Source: Elusimicrobia bacterium RIFCSPLOWO2_02_FULL_39_32
GTDB lineage: Bacteria > Elusimicrobiota > Elusimicrobia > 2-02-FULL-39-32
Reading direction: 5' to 3'
NCBI GenBank assembly: GCA_001800135.1
Contig: MGUU01000010.1
Location: 273,495-337,494 of the forward strand
Length of the DNA stretch: 64,000 nucleotides
The notes under the pieces are model-generated. The model searched no databases, was not told the origin of the DNA, and saw only the letters and a program-made list of their open reading frames with translations. Position numbers and translations under genes: made by a program. This document shows, in pieces, positions 51,812 to 60,924 of the stretch (positions are counted from its first letter, which is position 1; the number at the start of each line of letters is the position of its first letter).

Positions 51812-52453
51812 ATGATTCACTCTCTCACTCAATGGATTATGCAGCTTTTGCAAACCAATGGAGCCTTAAGTGTTTTTATAGGCGTTATTATTGAATCCAT
51901 CATTGTTCCAATTCCTTCCCCTCTTATCATTATGGGAGCTGGAGCGATTTTAATTGATCCAGCCGCTTCCATTTTGCAATCTTTCCCTCTTATATTTTTT
52001 AAAATTGTGCTGCCAGGTTCTTTGGCTTCTACCCTAGGCGCTTATTTAGGTTATGGGGTAGCTTTTTGGGGAGGAAAGCCAGTCATTGACCGCACTCAAA
52101 AATTTTTAGGATTTAATTGGGAAGATATTTTAGCCATGGAGAAAAAATATTTTTCTAAGAATAGTGGTCCCATTCTTTTTGCATTAAGAGCTTTGCCCAT
52201 AGTTCCACTTTCCTTAATTTCAGCCGCAGCTGGCGCGCTTCGCATGCCAGTAACTCCTTTTACTATTTGGACATTTTTAGGTTCTATCCCGCGCTGTTTA
52301 TTTTTGGGATACCTGGGCTGGCTAATGCACGATACTTATGTGACAATTGCTGATGGGTTTAATTTTGTGGAGGGGTTGGTTTCTGGATTTATTGTTTTAT
52401 CTGCAATTGCATTGGTTCTCTGGTTAAGATTAAAAATGGCAAAAGCGAAATAA
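51812..52453 (+). CDS. DedA/SNARE-associated family membrane protein
   Basis: VFIGVIIESIIVPIPSPLII..G motif of the DedA/TVP38 family. Confidence 0.75.
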   Translation: MIHSLTQWIMQLLQTNGALSVFIGVIIESIIVPIPSPLIIMGAGAILIDPAASILQSFPLIFFKIVLPGSLASTLGAYLGYGVAFWGGKPVIDRTQKFLGFNWEDILAMEKKYFSKNSGPILFALRALPIVPLSLISAAAGALRMPVTPFTIWTFLGSIPRCLFLGYLGWLMHDTYVTIADGFNFVEGLVSGFIVLSAIALVLWLRLKMAKAK

Positions 52454-52461
52454 TAAATTTT

Positions 52462-53415
52462 ATGAGTAATTCGATTTTATTTTGGATTCTTTTTAATCTA
52501 TTAGTCTTAAGTATCATGATGATAGATCTTAAGGTCATTCACCGCCATGTCCATGTAGTTTCCATGAAAGAAGCATCTTTATGGTTTGGTTTTTTGGTGG
52601 TTTTGGCGCTTATTTTTGATGCTGGTATTTATTTTTTTTTAGGGCATGAAAAAGCGCTACAATTTCTTACTGGTTATGTCATTGAGCAGTCTTTAAGCAT
52701 AGATAATCTTTTTGTATTCTTAATGATTTTTGACTATTTTTCCGTTCCGGCAATCTATCAGCCGAGAGTTTTGCATTGGGGCATTTTAGGGGCTCTGGTG
52801 ATGCGCTTTATCATGATATTTGCTGGCACTGCTCTGCTGCATAAATTTCATTGGATGATTTATCTTTTTGGCGGAATTTTAATTTTTACAGGAATCAAAA
52901 CCGCATTTAGCGAGGATAAAAAAATTGAGCCAGAAAAAAATCCTCTTCTTAAATTTTTTAAAAAAATTATGCCGATTGCCTCAAGAGAATTCATAGATCA
53001 AAAATTTTTTATTAAGCTCAATGGAATTTTACATGCCACCCCTTTATTTGTAGTTCTTCTTTTAATTGAGAGTTCAGATGTGGTTTTTGCCATTGATTCT
53101 ATTCCAGCGGTATTGGCGGTTTCCAGAGATCCTTTTATTGTTTATACCTCTAATGTTTTTGCAATTTTAGGTTTAAGAACTCTTTATTTTCTTTTAAGCG
53201 GAATCATGCCTCTTTTTACTTACCTTAAATTTGGAATTTCCATTGTGCTTTTTTACGTTGGAGTTAAAATGATTTTAGTGGATATTTATAAAATTCCCAC
53301 TGGTCTTTCCTTAGGGGTTGTTGCTGGAATATTAAGCCTTTCTATAGTTGCCTCTTATTTATTTAAGGGTAAAGCTCAAATACCGCAAGAGCCGACTTCT
53401 AGAAAATATGAATAG
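52462..53415 (+). CDS. TerC family integral membrane protein
   Basis: TerC signatures (LSIDNLFVFLMIF, second repeat IDSIPAVLAVS). Confidence 0.8.
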   Translation: MSNSILFWILFNLLVLSIMMIDLKVIHRHVHVVSMKEASLWFGFLVVLALIFDAGIYFFLGHEKALQFLTGYVIEQSLSIDNLFVFLMIFDYFSVPAIYQPRVLHWGILGALVMRFIMIFAGTALLHKFHWMIYLFGGILIFTGIKTAFSEDKKIEPEKNPLLKFFKKIMPIASREFIDQKFFIKLNGILHATPLFVVLLLIESSDVVFAIDSIPAVLAVSRDPFIVYTSNVFAILGLRTLYFLLSGIMPLFTYLKFGISIVLFYVGVKMILVDIYKIPTGLSLGVVAGILSLSIVASYLFKGKAQIPQEPTSRKYE

Positions 53416-54475
53416 AGAACAACTTTTTCGTTTTTTCTTTTTAGGAGTTTTTCTTTTTATTCTTTATCAAATTCTTCATATCCTTTCCCCTTTTTATACA
53501 GGAATATTAGGAGCCATTGTTCTTACATTAATTTTTTTCCCCCTTCATCGCCTTATTTTGAAAAAAATAGGAGTTCACCGCGCTAATCTGTCCAGTGGTA
53601 TTTCAACCATCTTAGTGATGGCTCTGATTGTATTTCCTTTTATTTTTTTTAGCTGGTTATTATTTAAAGAACTTACAGATATTTATCCTACAGTAAAGCG
53701 TTTTAGTGATTTGTTGAGTACCTGGCACCAGGGCGGTTCATTTCTTCACATACCAGGGCTTGAACAATTAGAAATAAAACTAGATGGTTTATTAAGTTTA
53801 GTGCAGCTCAATTTGCAGGCGGTTCTTACGGGTTTAAGTAAAAATTTAATTTCTTTTGCCGCTAATATTGGCAAGCATTTACCGAAATATGCGTTGATTT
53901 TAATGATTAATGTTCTAGTCATGATTTTTACAATGTTTTTTTTGTTCAGAGACGGACCTAGTTTATTCCATAAATTTAAAGAGTTGGTCCCCATGGATGA
54001 AAAGCATAAAGATTTAATTTCTACCCAACTATATTTAACAGTCACTGGAGTTGTGCGCGGGGTATTTATTGTGGCAGTGGTTCAAGGAACTTTGGCAGGG
54101 GTAGGATATTTTTTTGCAGGAGTTCCATCTCCTGTTGTTTTGGGATTTTCTACGATTTTTACAGCATTAATTCCACTTGTTGGTCCAGCGGCTATTTGGC
54201 TGCCAATCTCTATATATTATCTGGTTCAAGGCGCTTTAGGGCAGGGTCTTTTTATGCTTTTTTGGGGTATTTTTGTCGTGAGTTTGGTGGACAATTTTTT
54301 GCGTCCTATTTTGATTGGAAGCAGAGCAAAGCTGCCAATTTTATTTCTTTTCTTTGGTCTTTTGGGAGGGGTGAAGGTTTATGGACCTATGGGTATTTTT
54401 TTAGGCCCTTTGGTTATTGCTCTTTTAATTGCATTTGTTCGGATTTACAAAGAGGAATACTCTCAGAAATCATAA
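53408..54475 (+). CDS. AI-2E family transporter (PerM/UPF0118)
   Basis: 8-TM topology with C-terminal G.....GP..IALL motifs. The ORF track starts at 53348 inside terC; Met at 53408 (MNREQLF) gives an 8-nt overlap. Confidence 0.8.
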   Translation: MNREQLFRFFFLGVFLFILYQILHILSPFYTGILGAIVLTLIFFPLHRLILKKIGVHRANLSSGISTILVMALIVFPFIFFSWLLFKELTDIYPTVKRFSDLLSTWHQGGSFLHIPGLEQLEIKLDGLLSLVQLNLQAVLTGLSKNLISFAANIGKHLPKYALILMINVLVMIFTMFFLFRDGPSLFHKFKELVPMDEKHKDLISTQLYLTVTGVVRGVFIVAVVQGTLAGVGYFFAGVPSPVVLGFSTIFTALIPLVGPAAIWLPISIYYLVQGALGQGLFMLFWGIFVVSLVDNFLRPILIGSRAKLPILFLFFGLLGGVKVYGPMGIFLGPLVIALLIAFVRIYKEEYSQKS

Positions 54476-54581
54476 TTTTTGTAACCGTTTAGCGCAACAT
54501 TCTCATTGCCGCTTGTATCGGGAATGACGATGGGAACTGGAACGACAACCGTCCGCTAAAAGGTTACTAATTTTTGGTCTC
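54476..54581. other. GC-rich structured intergenic element between convergent genes (bidirectional terminator or small RNA candidate)
   Basis: TTTTT-GTAACCGTTTAGCG ... CGCTAAAAGGTTAC-TAATTTTT: an approximately 13-bp outer stem encloses a 60-nt GC-rich core (cgcttgtatcgggaatgacgatgggaactggaacgacaaccgtccg). The core stands out against the AT-rich background. Confidence 0.3.
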
Positions 54582-55628
54582 CTACAAGTTTCCGCCTGCT
54601 AATATTTCTTTTGTTATTCGAAATGCTTCTTTTACTGAAATGCTAGAAAGGGGATCATTCTGGATTTTGGGCGTTAGGATCGTATGCCTGGAACTAGGAG
54701 GATAAGGACCCCAGCGTTTAGCTGAGGTAGTGATTGGAAGGTGCGGGTAGAAAGAAAGAGTTGAAACCCCAAGCGCTGAAGCCATATGCAAGGGACCAGT
54801 AGAATTAGAAATCATGAGCTCTCCCTCATGAATCAAAGCAGCGAATTCTCTTAAAGTAAGATTTGAAGGGCATCTATAAAGATGAGGCAGGTTACATTTT
54901 TCCACAGTTTTAAGCAGTTCTTCCTCATCTTTTCCTCCTGTCACAATCACATCTAAACCTTGATCTGCAAACTTTTTCGCTAACTCTAGGAAAGATGTTA
55001 GAGGCCAGTTTTGCGCAGATCCTTTGGATCCTGGGTGAATAAAAATTGGTTTTTTATTTTGGTTTTTCAAAATTTCTGTAAGCATCTGTTTTCCTCTAGT
55101 TATTTCAGTCTCTTGCAAAAAAATTTGAGGAGTTGAGGGAGGGATGAAGTCAAAAGCATCACAGATTTTTACCAGATCCAAATTATATTCAGCTTCGTGT
55201 TTTTCAACGCAAGACCTTTTTTGCATAATTGGGAAATTCAGCAAAACTGAAGCTGGCTTTGATTTGGGGCCTATCCTTAAAGGTATTTTTGCAAAGCGTG
55301 TTATCCATGTAGATTGCCACTCAATGTAAAAGTGTATCGCCACATCAAATTTTAGTTTTTTTATTTTACTGACTGTTTCAAAAAAACTCGAATTTTTATC
55401 ATCGTATTTGATAATCAAATCAACCCATGGATTATTTTCTAAAACAGCGGCGGCATAGGAACCACAAAGAAACGCAATAAATGAATTTGGATATCTTGTC
55501 TTCAGAACTTGGATTGCTGGTGTGGTCAGCAGCAAATCCCCAATTTTATCAGTCCTAATTAAGAGAAAACGAGTTTGCGGTTGAAGTTTTATATTAGATT
55601 TTACACAGCCATCCATTTTTAAAACCAA
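54582..55628 (-). CDS. GT9 heptosyltransferase
   Basis: LLIRTDKIGDLLLTTPAIQVLK N-terminal GT9 signature. Confidence 0.8.
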   Translation of the reverse strand: MVLKMDGCVKSNIKLQPQTRFLLIRTDKIGDLLLTTPAIQVLKTRYPNSFIAFLCGSYAAAVLENNPWVDLIIKYDDKNSSFFETVSKIKKLKFDVAIHFYIEWQSTWITRFAKIPLRIGPKSKPASVLLNFPIMQKRSCVEKHEAEYNLDLVKICDAFDFIPPSTPQIFLQETEITRGKQMLTEILKNQNKKPIFIHPGSKGSAQNWPLTSFLELAKKFADQGLDVIVTGGKDEEELLKTVEKCNLPHLYRCPSNLTLREFAALIHEGELMISNSTGPLHMASALGVSTLSFYPHLPITTSAKRWGPYPPSSRHTILTPKIQNDPLSSISVKEAFRITKEILAGGNL

Positions 55629-55637
55629 GTTTCGGGA

Positions 55638-56780
55638 CTAACCTAAAAGATTTTTCCATTCGTGGCAAAAGCGTTCTTGACTAAATTTATTTTTGCAAAG
55701 ATCCCAATTAAATTGTCCCATTTCATCTAGGAGATTTTGATTTTGAAAAAGTTGAATGATCTTTTCCGCCATTTTTAAAGGTTCATTTGGCTGGACAAGG
55801 TATCCCCCCCTTCCTTCTTTTAGAATTTCAGGGAGAGATCCAACATTTGTGGAAATAACTGTCTTCCCTAAAGACATCCATTCAATTAGTACTCTTGATA
55901 CCTCTTCAGAACCAGTTGAAGTGATGAGACCCATAGAACATTGATTCATAAATTTTACTAGACTTTTAGAATCTAGGAATCCATGATAAGTTAAATTTTT
56001 AAGTCCCAATGTTTTTGCTTGATTTAGCAGGGAATGCCAGGTGATATTTTCTTCTGGGCCTGCGATCTGAAACTCTGCTTCAGGGCAAGACTCTTGAACG
56101 ATTTTCGCAACTTTTAAGAAATTGAAAAGTCCTTTTACCGGGTCAAGCCTAGCTACCATGCCTATTTTTTTATTCCCCAGAACCTTCATTGGATTGTGGA
56201 ATTGATCTTTAATCTCAGAAGCAGTCTCGCTTCTAGGGTTTTGTTCATTTGCGGGGTTAGGCTGTGGGACTTTAACTGCAATAAACTCTTCACCTACCTT
56301 AGGAAGGATTGTTCGGATTTTATTTTTATAGTTAGAGGCAACAAGATTTAAACATTCAAACCGAAGGTTTTCAGATGCTGTAACAATATAAGAAGATTTT
56401 TGATAGATCATTTTATTGATCCAATGAGTCTTTAATTTTTGAGAGATCGCACGGACACGGATGAGTGGGATTTTAAATAGAAGACTTAAGGCAAGCGCGA
56501 TCCAGTGAGTGGATCCTGTATGCGATATGATCCAATCTGGTTTGTTTTTAAAAATTTCTCGACCAATAACAAAAAAATTCAGAAGTGGTTCAAACCCTTT
56601 GCGCCCTTTGATTGGCAAAATAGAACAGTTAAGATTATTAGATTTCTTATAGGCTATTGAATCTTTGGAGATGGCTAGGGTGACTTGGTTTCCTAAGGTT
56701 TGATGAGCTTGAATGGTGTCAAATGCATAGCTGGTCAGGCCGCTCCACCAAGGAATATCTAATAAATGTAATATTTTCAT
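55638..56780 (-). CDS. GT4 glycosyltransferase
   Basis: GT-B fold with the characteristic C-terminal nucleotide-sugar binding region. Confidence 0.75.
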   Translation of the reverse strand: MKILHLLDIPWWSGLTSYAFDTIQAHQTLGNQVTLAISKDSIAYKKSNNLNCSILPIKGRKGFEPLLNFFVIGREIFKNKPDWIISHTGSTHWIALALSLLFKIPLIRVRAISQKLKTHWINKMIYQKSSYIVTASENLRFECLNLVASNYKNKIRTILPKVGEEFIAVKVPQPNPANEQNPRSETASEIKDQFHNPMKVLGNKKIGMVARLDPVKGLFNFLKVAKIVQESCPEAEFQIAGPEENITWHSLLNQAKTLGLKNLTYHGFLDSKSLVKFMNQCSMGLITSTGSEEVSRVLIEWMSLGKTVISTNVGSLPEILKEGRGGYLVQPNEPLKMAEKIIQLFQNQNLLDEMGQFNWDLCKNKFSQERFCHEWKNLLG

Positions 56781-56798
56781 GGGTAAACTTTTTTTAGG

Positions 56799-58322
56799 CT
56801 ATTCGTTCAAGCTGTTCTTGAATATTTTTTGAGACAGGATTTTTCCACATTCCTTTAGAACTAGTTGTGGAGTTAAATCCTTCATACATTTAAAATGGCC
56901 TAAGGGACATTTTTTTCCACCATGTAGAGAACATGGCCTACAGGGTAAATCCAGTTCAACTACAATGCTTTTATTCCCTAAAGGAAAAAATCCAAGTTCT
57001 CTGGTAGTAGGACCAAAAATAGCAACTAAAGGAACATGGGTTGCGCTGGCTATATGCATGGGACCAGAATCATTAGTGATGAATAAGGAACAATGGGATA
57101 TAAGGATAACTAACTCTTTAAGATCAGTTTTACCGCAGAGATTAATAGCTGGAGCTTTCATCTGAGAGATGACTGAATTTGCTGTCTCTAAATCTTTGTG
57201 AGATCCAAAGATAATAACCTTACAGTTCCATTCTTTCGTAAGCTGATCAGCTACTTCTGCAAAATATTCTGGTAGCCAGCGTTTGGTTTTCCAGACTGAT
57301 CCTGGATTCATGCCTATTAAGAGAGTTTCCTCTTTGATTTTGTGTTCTTGAAGGAATTGTTTGAAATAAATCAAATCGTTTTTTACAGGCACTTCCAGCT
57401 CAGTTTGTTTTGAAGTGATTCCTAAGACTTCCAACAATTTTAAATTTCTTTCTGCATCATGGGTATTCCAGTCAAAGGGGACTAGATCCGTTAGAAAAAT
57501 TTTACCCTCGCTGTTTTTAAAACCTATTCTTTTTGGAATTTTAGCTAAAGCTGTGATCAAGGCGCTTTTAAAAGATCGGTGCGGCAGGAGTGCAATATCA
57601 AATTGTCCTTTTAGTTTTTTTGCCCATCTAAAGATGGAAAGTAAGGAGCGATCAACTCCGCGCTTATCCATACTTAAGATCGTGTCTATGGAATTGTTTT
57701 CAGCAAAGAGTTCTTTAATTTCCGGGGTACAAAGCAAAGTTATTTTTGATAAAGGAAATTTTTGTTTAAGAACTTTTAGAAGTGGAGTTGTAAGCACAGC
57801 ATCCCCTAAAAAAGCGGTTTGAATCACTAAAATTTTTAAATCTGGAGTTCTAACATTGGATGAGTTTTGCGTGAAAATTTCAGGTTCCATTATCTTAGGA
57901 TCAAGTCCTAAATCTTTTAAGACATTTAAGTAACGTTGAACCGTATGGTTTTTTAGTTCTGAACTTTTCATTTTTTTAAAAACATATAGCCTGCGGCTAA
58001 AAAACGCTTTTTTGTATCTCACAACCTTAGGGATTTGAGATAGAAGAGAAAGGATCCATGATCTTAAAGTTTGATGCAGATCAATTAAAATATCTATCTT
58101 TTCCCTGCGAATTCGTTTAATGAGAGAAAAGATGGATTCCTCATTTTCTAAAGCAATAATTTGGTCAATAAATGGATTCTGTTCTAGTATCCCGGCATAT
58201 TTTTTTTTAACAGCAAAAAAAATTTTAGAATCCGGCAACTGTTGTTTTAAATTATGAACTAGAGGAGTGGTTAAGATGACATCTCCTAAAGATGAAAATC
58301 GGACAATAAGAATTTTTAGCAT
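56799..58322 (-). CDS. GT9 heptosyltransferase with an extra N-terminal partial GT9 repeat
   Basis: Two copies of the GT9 N-terminal signature (ILIVRFSSLGDVILTTPLVHNLKQ and ILVIQTAFLGDAVLTTPLLKVLKQ) in a 507-aa protein. Confidence 0.7.
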   Translation of the reverse strand: MLKILIVRFSSLGDVILTTPLVHNLKQQLPDSKIFFAVKKKYAGILEQNPFIDQIIALENEESIFSLIKRIRREKIDILIDLHQTLRSWILSLLSQIPKVVRYKKAFFSRRLYVFKKMKSSELKNHTVQRYLNVLKDLGLDPKIMEPEIFTQNSSNVRTPDLKILVIQTAFLGDAVLTTPLLKVLKQKFPLSKITLLCTPEIKELFAENNSIDTILSMDKRGVDRSLLSIFRWAKKLKGQFDIALLPHRSFKSALITALAKIPKRIGFKNSEGKIFLTDLVPFDWNTHDAERNLKLLEVLGITSKQTELEVPVKNDLIYFKQFLQEHKIKEETLLIGMNPGSVWKTKRWLPEYFAEVADQLTKEWNCKVIIFGSHKDLETANSVISQMKAPAINLCGKTDLKELVILISHCSLFITNDSGPMHIASATHVPLVAIFGPTTRELGFFPLGNKSIVVELDLPCRPCSLHGGKKCPLGHFKCMKDLTPQLVLKECGKILSQKIFKNSLNE

Positions 58323-58332
58323 AGTCTTTAAA

Positions 58333-60330
58333 TTATAAATATTTTTTTAAGAGTTCAAGAGTGTTGTTTGTTGCTTTTCCTTTAAATTTTTGAACAACTT
58401 CATTCGAGTTCTTTCCTAAAGGTATTATTTTTTCCGGATGAGAAAGCAGTTCTTCAATTTTTTGGCAGAGCTCTTTTTGATCCTGGACCTGAATTGCTCC
58501 ATTGGAATCTAAAAGGAGTTTAGCTGGTTCGGAAAAATTTTCCATGGATGGTCCAAAGAGAATTGGTTTTGAAAACGCAGCTGGCTCAATTGGGTTTTGG
58601 CCTCCCAGCGCCACTAAAGAGCCTCCAATGAAGATAATGCTGGCAGATTGATAAGCTTGCCATAAATCTCCAAAAGTATCCCAGAGTAGAACATTCCAAT
58701 CTTTTTTTAGGTTTGTCTCTGCATCAGCCTGGCTTTTTAGGATAAAGCAAAGCAGGTTTTTGTCTAAAAGTTTTTTTATGAAAGGGAGTTGCTCCATATG
58801 TCTGGGAGCTAAAAGCAGCTTAAGATCCGTATGTTTTTGGAGTAGAGTAAGATAAGTTTCAATTAAAATATTTTCTTCCCCTTCTCTAATGCTTCCTGCA
58901 ACCAAGAGTCTCTTATTTTTATTTAAGGAATTTAAGAATTCTTGGTTTATAGGAACTTTTGACTGGCTGGATTTAAACTCCCAAGGAAAAGAATCGAATT
59001 TTAAGTTGCCAGTGACAAAGATTTTTGTTTTAAGAGCTCCAATTTTTTCAAATCTCTCCCCATCCTCTTTTTCCCTGCAAAGGAACAGATCTATTTTTTT
59101 TAGGACCAGCCCCAAAAGGCTTTTTATTTTTAAATATCTTGAGGCGCTCTTTTTGGAAATTCTGCCATTGATAATGGCCACAGGGGTGTTTGATATTTTT
59201 GCGACTCTTAACCAATTTGGCCAGATTTCAGATTCTAATAAAAGTATCATTTTAGGTTTAATTTTTTTAAAAAATCGTTTTATTACCCAGGGGAATTCCA
59301 TTGGAGCAAAAAGGTTCAGTTCTCCTAATTCTAATTTTTTCCCCTCGTTTACTCCGGTAAGAGTATTGGAGGTAAATACAATGGGACAATCTGGATATTT
59401 TTCTTTTAGAGCGCGTATAAAAGGATAAGCTGCTCTGGCTTCCCCCAGGCTAGCTGCATGAATCCAAACAGGAGGTTTTGTAAAGGCATGGGTTGGCAGG
59501 AGTCCTAGTCTTTCTTTAAGACTTTTAAAAAGCTGATTGAAAAAAAGTTCCCTGTAATAAAAAAGCATGGACAAAAGTATGATTGGGCTAAAAAGGAGAA
59601 GACAAGAATTATATATTCCAAATAAAAAGTTTTCTAAATATTTTTTAAAGCAGGGTTCAATAGTTTTTTTTGAAGTGATGTGGTCTGCCTCATCTGTAAT
59701 GCGGTTTAATTCACATGCTAGCTCCTCTGCTTTTTTTTGAAGCTCATTTTCGGGAGAAACAAAGATTGGGTTCCCATAACGAATAACGATTTTATTAAAA
59801 GGCAGAGGAATCCAATAATCGTCCCAGCCATGAAAAATTAATTTGAACTTTGCGGAAAAGGTAAGCGGCAGAATTGGTTTTTTAGTTTTTTGAGCTAAAA
59901 AAAGTATGCCGGGCGCTACGAGTCCTTTAGGGCCTCTTGGGCCATCAGGAGTTAATCCAATGGTTTTTCCACTCTCTAATTTTTTTTTTAGCTCAACCAA
60001 AGCCCGCACAGCTCCTCGGGATGAAGATCCACGTATAGCTTTTAAACCAAAAAGCCGCATAACACGCGCGATAGTTTCTCCATCTTTACTTTGGGAAACA
60101 AGGCAATAATGATTTTTGTTACGATAAGCCCAAGGGATAAGAAACTGTCTTCCATGCCAGAAAGCGTATATAAAGTTATTAAATTTTATTTCTAGATCCT
60201 CTCTAATTTTTAAATCCTCCCAAACAATTTTAGAGGTTTTTCCAACCAAAATAAGATAGAACCACGCTAAGCGCGGGATAAAAAAAAGGAGTAGTTTTTG
60301 CATTAAGATTTTTTTTAAAGCGGGGTCCAA
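58333..60330 (-). CDS. waaA: fusion: DUF374 (lysophospholipid acyltransferase-like) plus Kdo transferase WaaA/KdtA
   Basis: The N-terminal approximately 200 aa match DUF374 (FWHGRQF...LVSQSKDGE...LTPDGPRGP). The C-terminal approximately 430 aa carry the WaaA signature WIHAASLGEARAAYPFI and a GT-B fold. Confidence 0.8.
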   Translation of the reverse strand: MDPALKKILMQKLLLFFIPRLAWFYLILVGKTSKIVWEDLKIREDLEIKFNNFIYAFWHGRQFLIPWAYRNKNHYCLVSQSKDGETIARVMRLFGLKAIRGSSSRGAVRALVELKKKLESGKTIGLTPDGPRGPKGLVAPGILFLAQKTKKPILPLTFSAKFKLIFHGWDDYWIPLPFNKIVIRYGNPIFVSPENELQKKAEELACELNRITDEADHITSKKTIEPCFKKYLENFLFGIYNSCLLLFSPIILLSMLFYYRELFFNQLFKSLKERLGLLPTHAFTKPPVWIHAASLGEARAAYPFIRALKEKYPDCPIVFTSNTLTGVNEGKKLELGELNLFAPMEFPWVIKRFFKKIKPKMILLLESEIWPNWLRVAKISNTPVAIINGRISKKSASRYLKIKSLLGLVLKKIDLFLCREKEDGERFEKIGALKTKIFVTGNLKFDSFPWEFKSSQSKVPINQEFLNSLNKNKRLLVAGSIREGEENILIETYLTLLQKHTDLKLLLAPRHMEQLPFIKKLLDKNLLCFILKSQADAETNLKKDWNVLLWDTFGDLWQAYQSASIIFIGGSLVALGGQNPIEPAAFSKPILFGPSMENFSEPAKLLLDSNGAIQVQDQKELCQKIEELLSHPEKIIPLGKNSNEVVQKFKGKATNNTLELLKKYL

Positions 60331-60881
60331 AAAGCGTAAGCGATTGAACTATAAAGTGGCGACATTTGATTATTTTCTAATAAAATTTCTACTTTTTCTG
60401 ATTCTAGGAAATGTAGGGTCTCAAATGCCAAGTCCCTGTTTAAGGTAAAAAGCGCTGAAGATTCACACCCTTCTAATTTTGATTCGTCTGTTAATAATTT
60501 TGAGATAAAATTTAAAGACTGTTCCAGCGCTTCCTCAGCAATGGATTCTACTAGGGCACATTTTTCTAGATCATTATTTTCGCGCAGGTTCTTTATTTTT
60601 ATTTCTAGCTCTTTTCCAATGGTTGCAGCGCTTAAAGAAACTGAAACTGTATTTTTTGGGCAGCTGTTTAAAATCATTTTTAATGGTTCCGGAATTGCAG
60701 TTGGAGGGACTGTGTCATAGACTGCGGAAGGGACAATAAAAGGTTTAAGATGCTCTATTTCCAGTTTTATTTTTTGTTGGATTTCCTCTTCCTTCAAGTC
60801 AGCTGCGGTTTTTCTTTTTAAATTTTTAAGAACAAAGGATGGACGCAGGGTTATTTTATACTTTTTAATCTTTTTGATCAT
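60315..60881 (-). CDS. hypothetical protein (no recognisable domain)
   Basis: The ORF extends to 61013, overlapping the secF 3' end by 89 nt. Met at 60881 is the more plausible start. Contains three scattered Cys. Confidence 0.35.
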   Translation of the reverse strand: MIKKIKKYKITLRPSFVLKNLKRKTAADLKEEEIQQKIKLEIEHLKPFIVPSAVYDTVPPTAIPEPLKMILNSCPKNTVSVSLSAATIGKELEIKIKNLRENNDLEKCALVESIAEEALEQSLNFISKLLTDESKLEGCESSALFTLNRDLAFETLHFLESEKVEILLENNQMSPLYSSIAYAFWTPL

Positions 60882-60924
60882 AACAGTTACAACGTCAGGC
60901 GATAAAATTGAGAGATTTTTAGAA

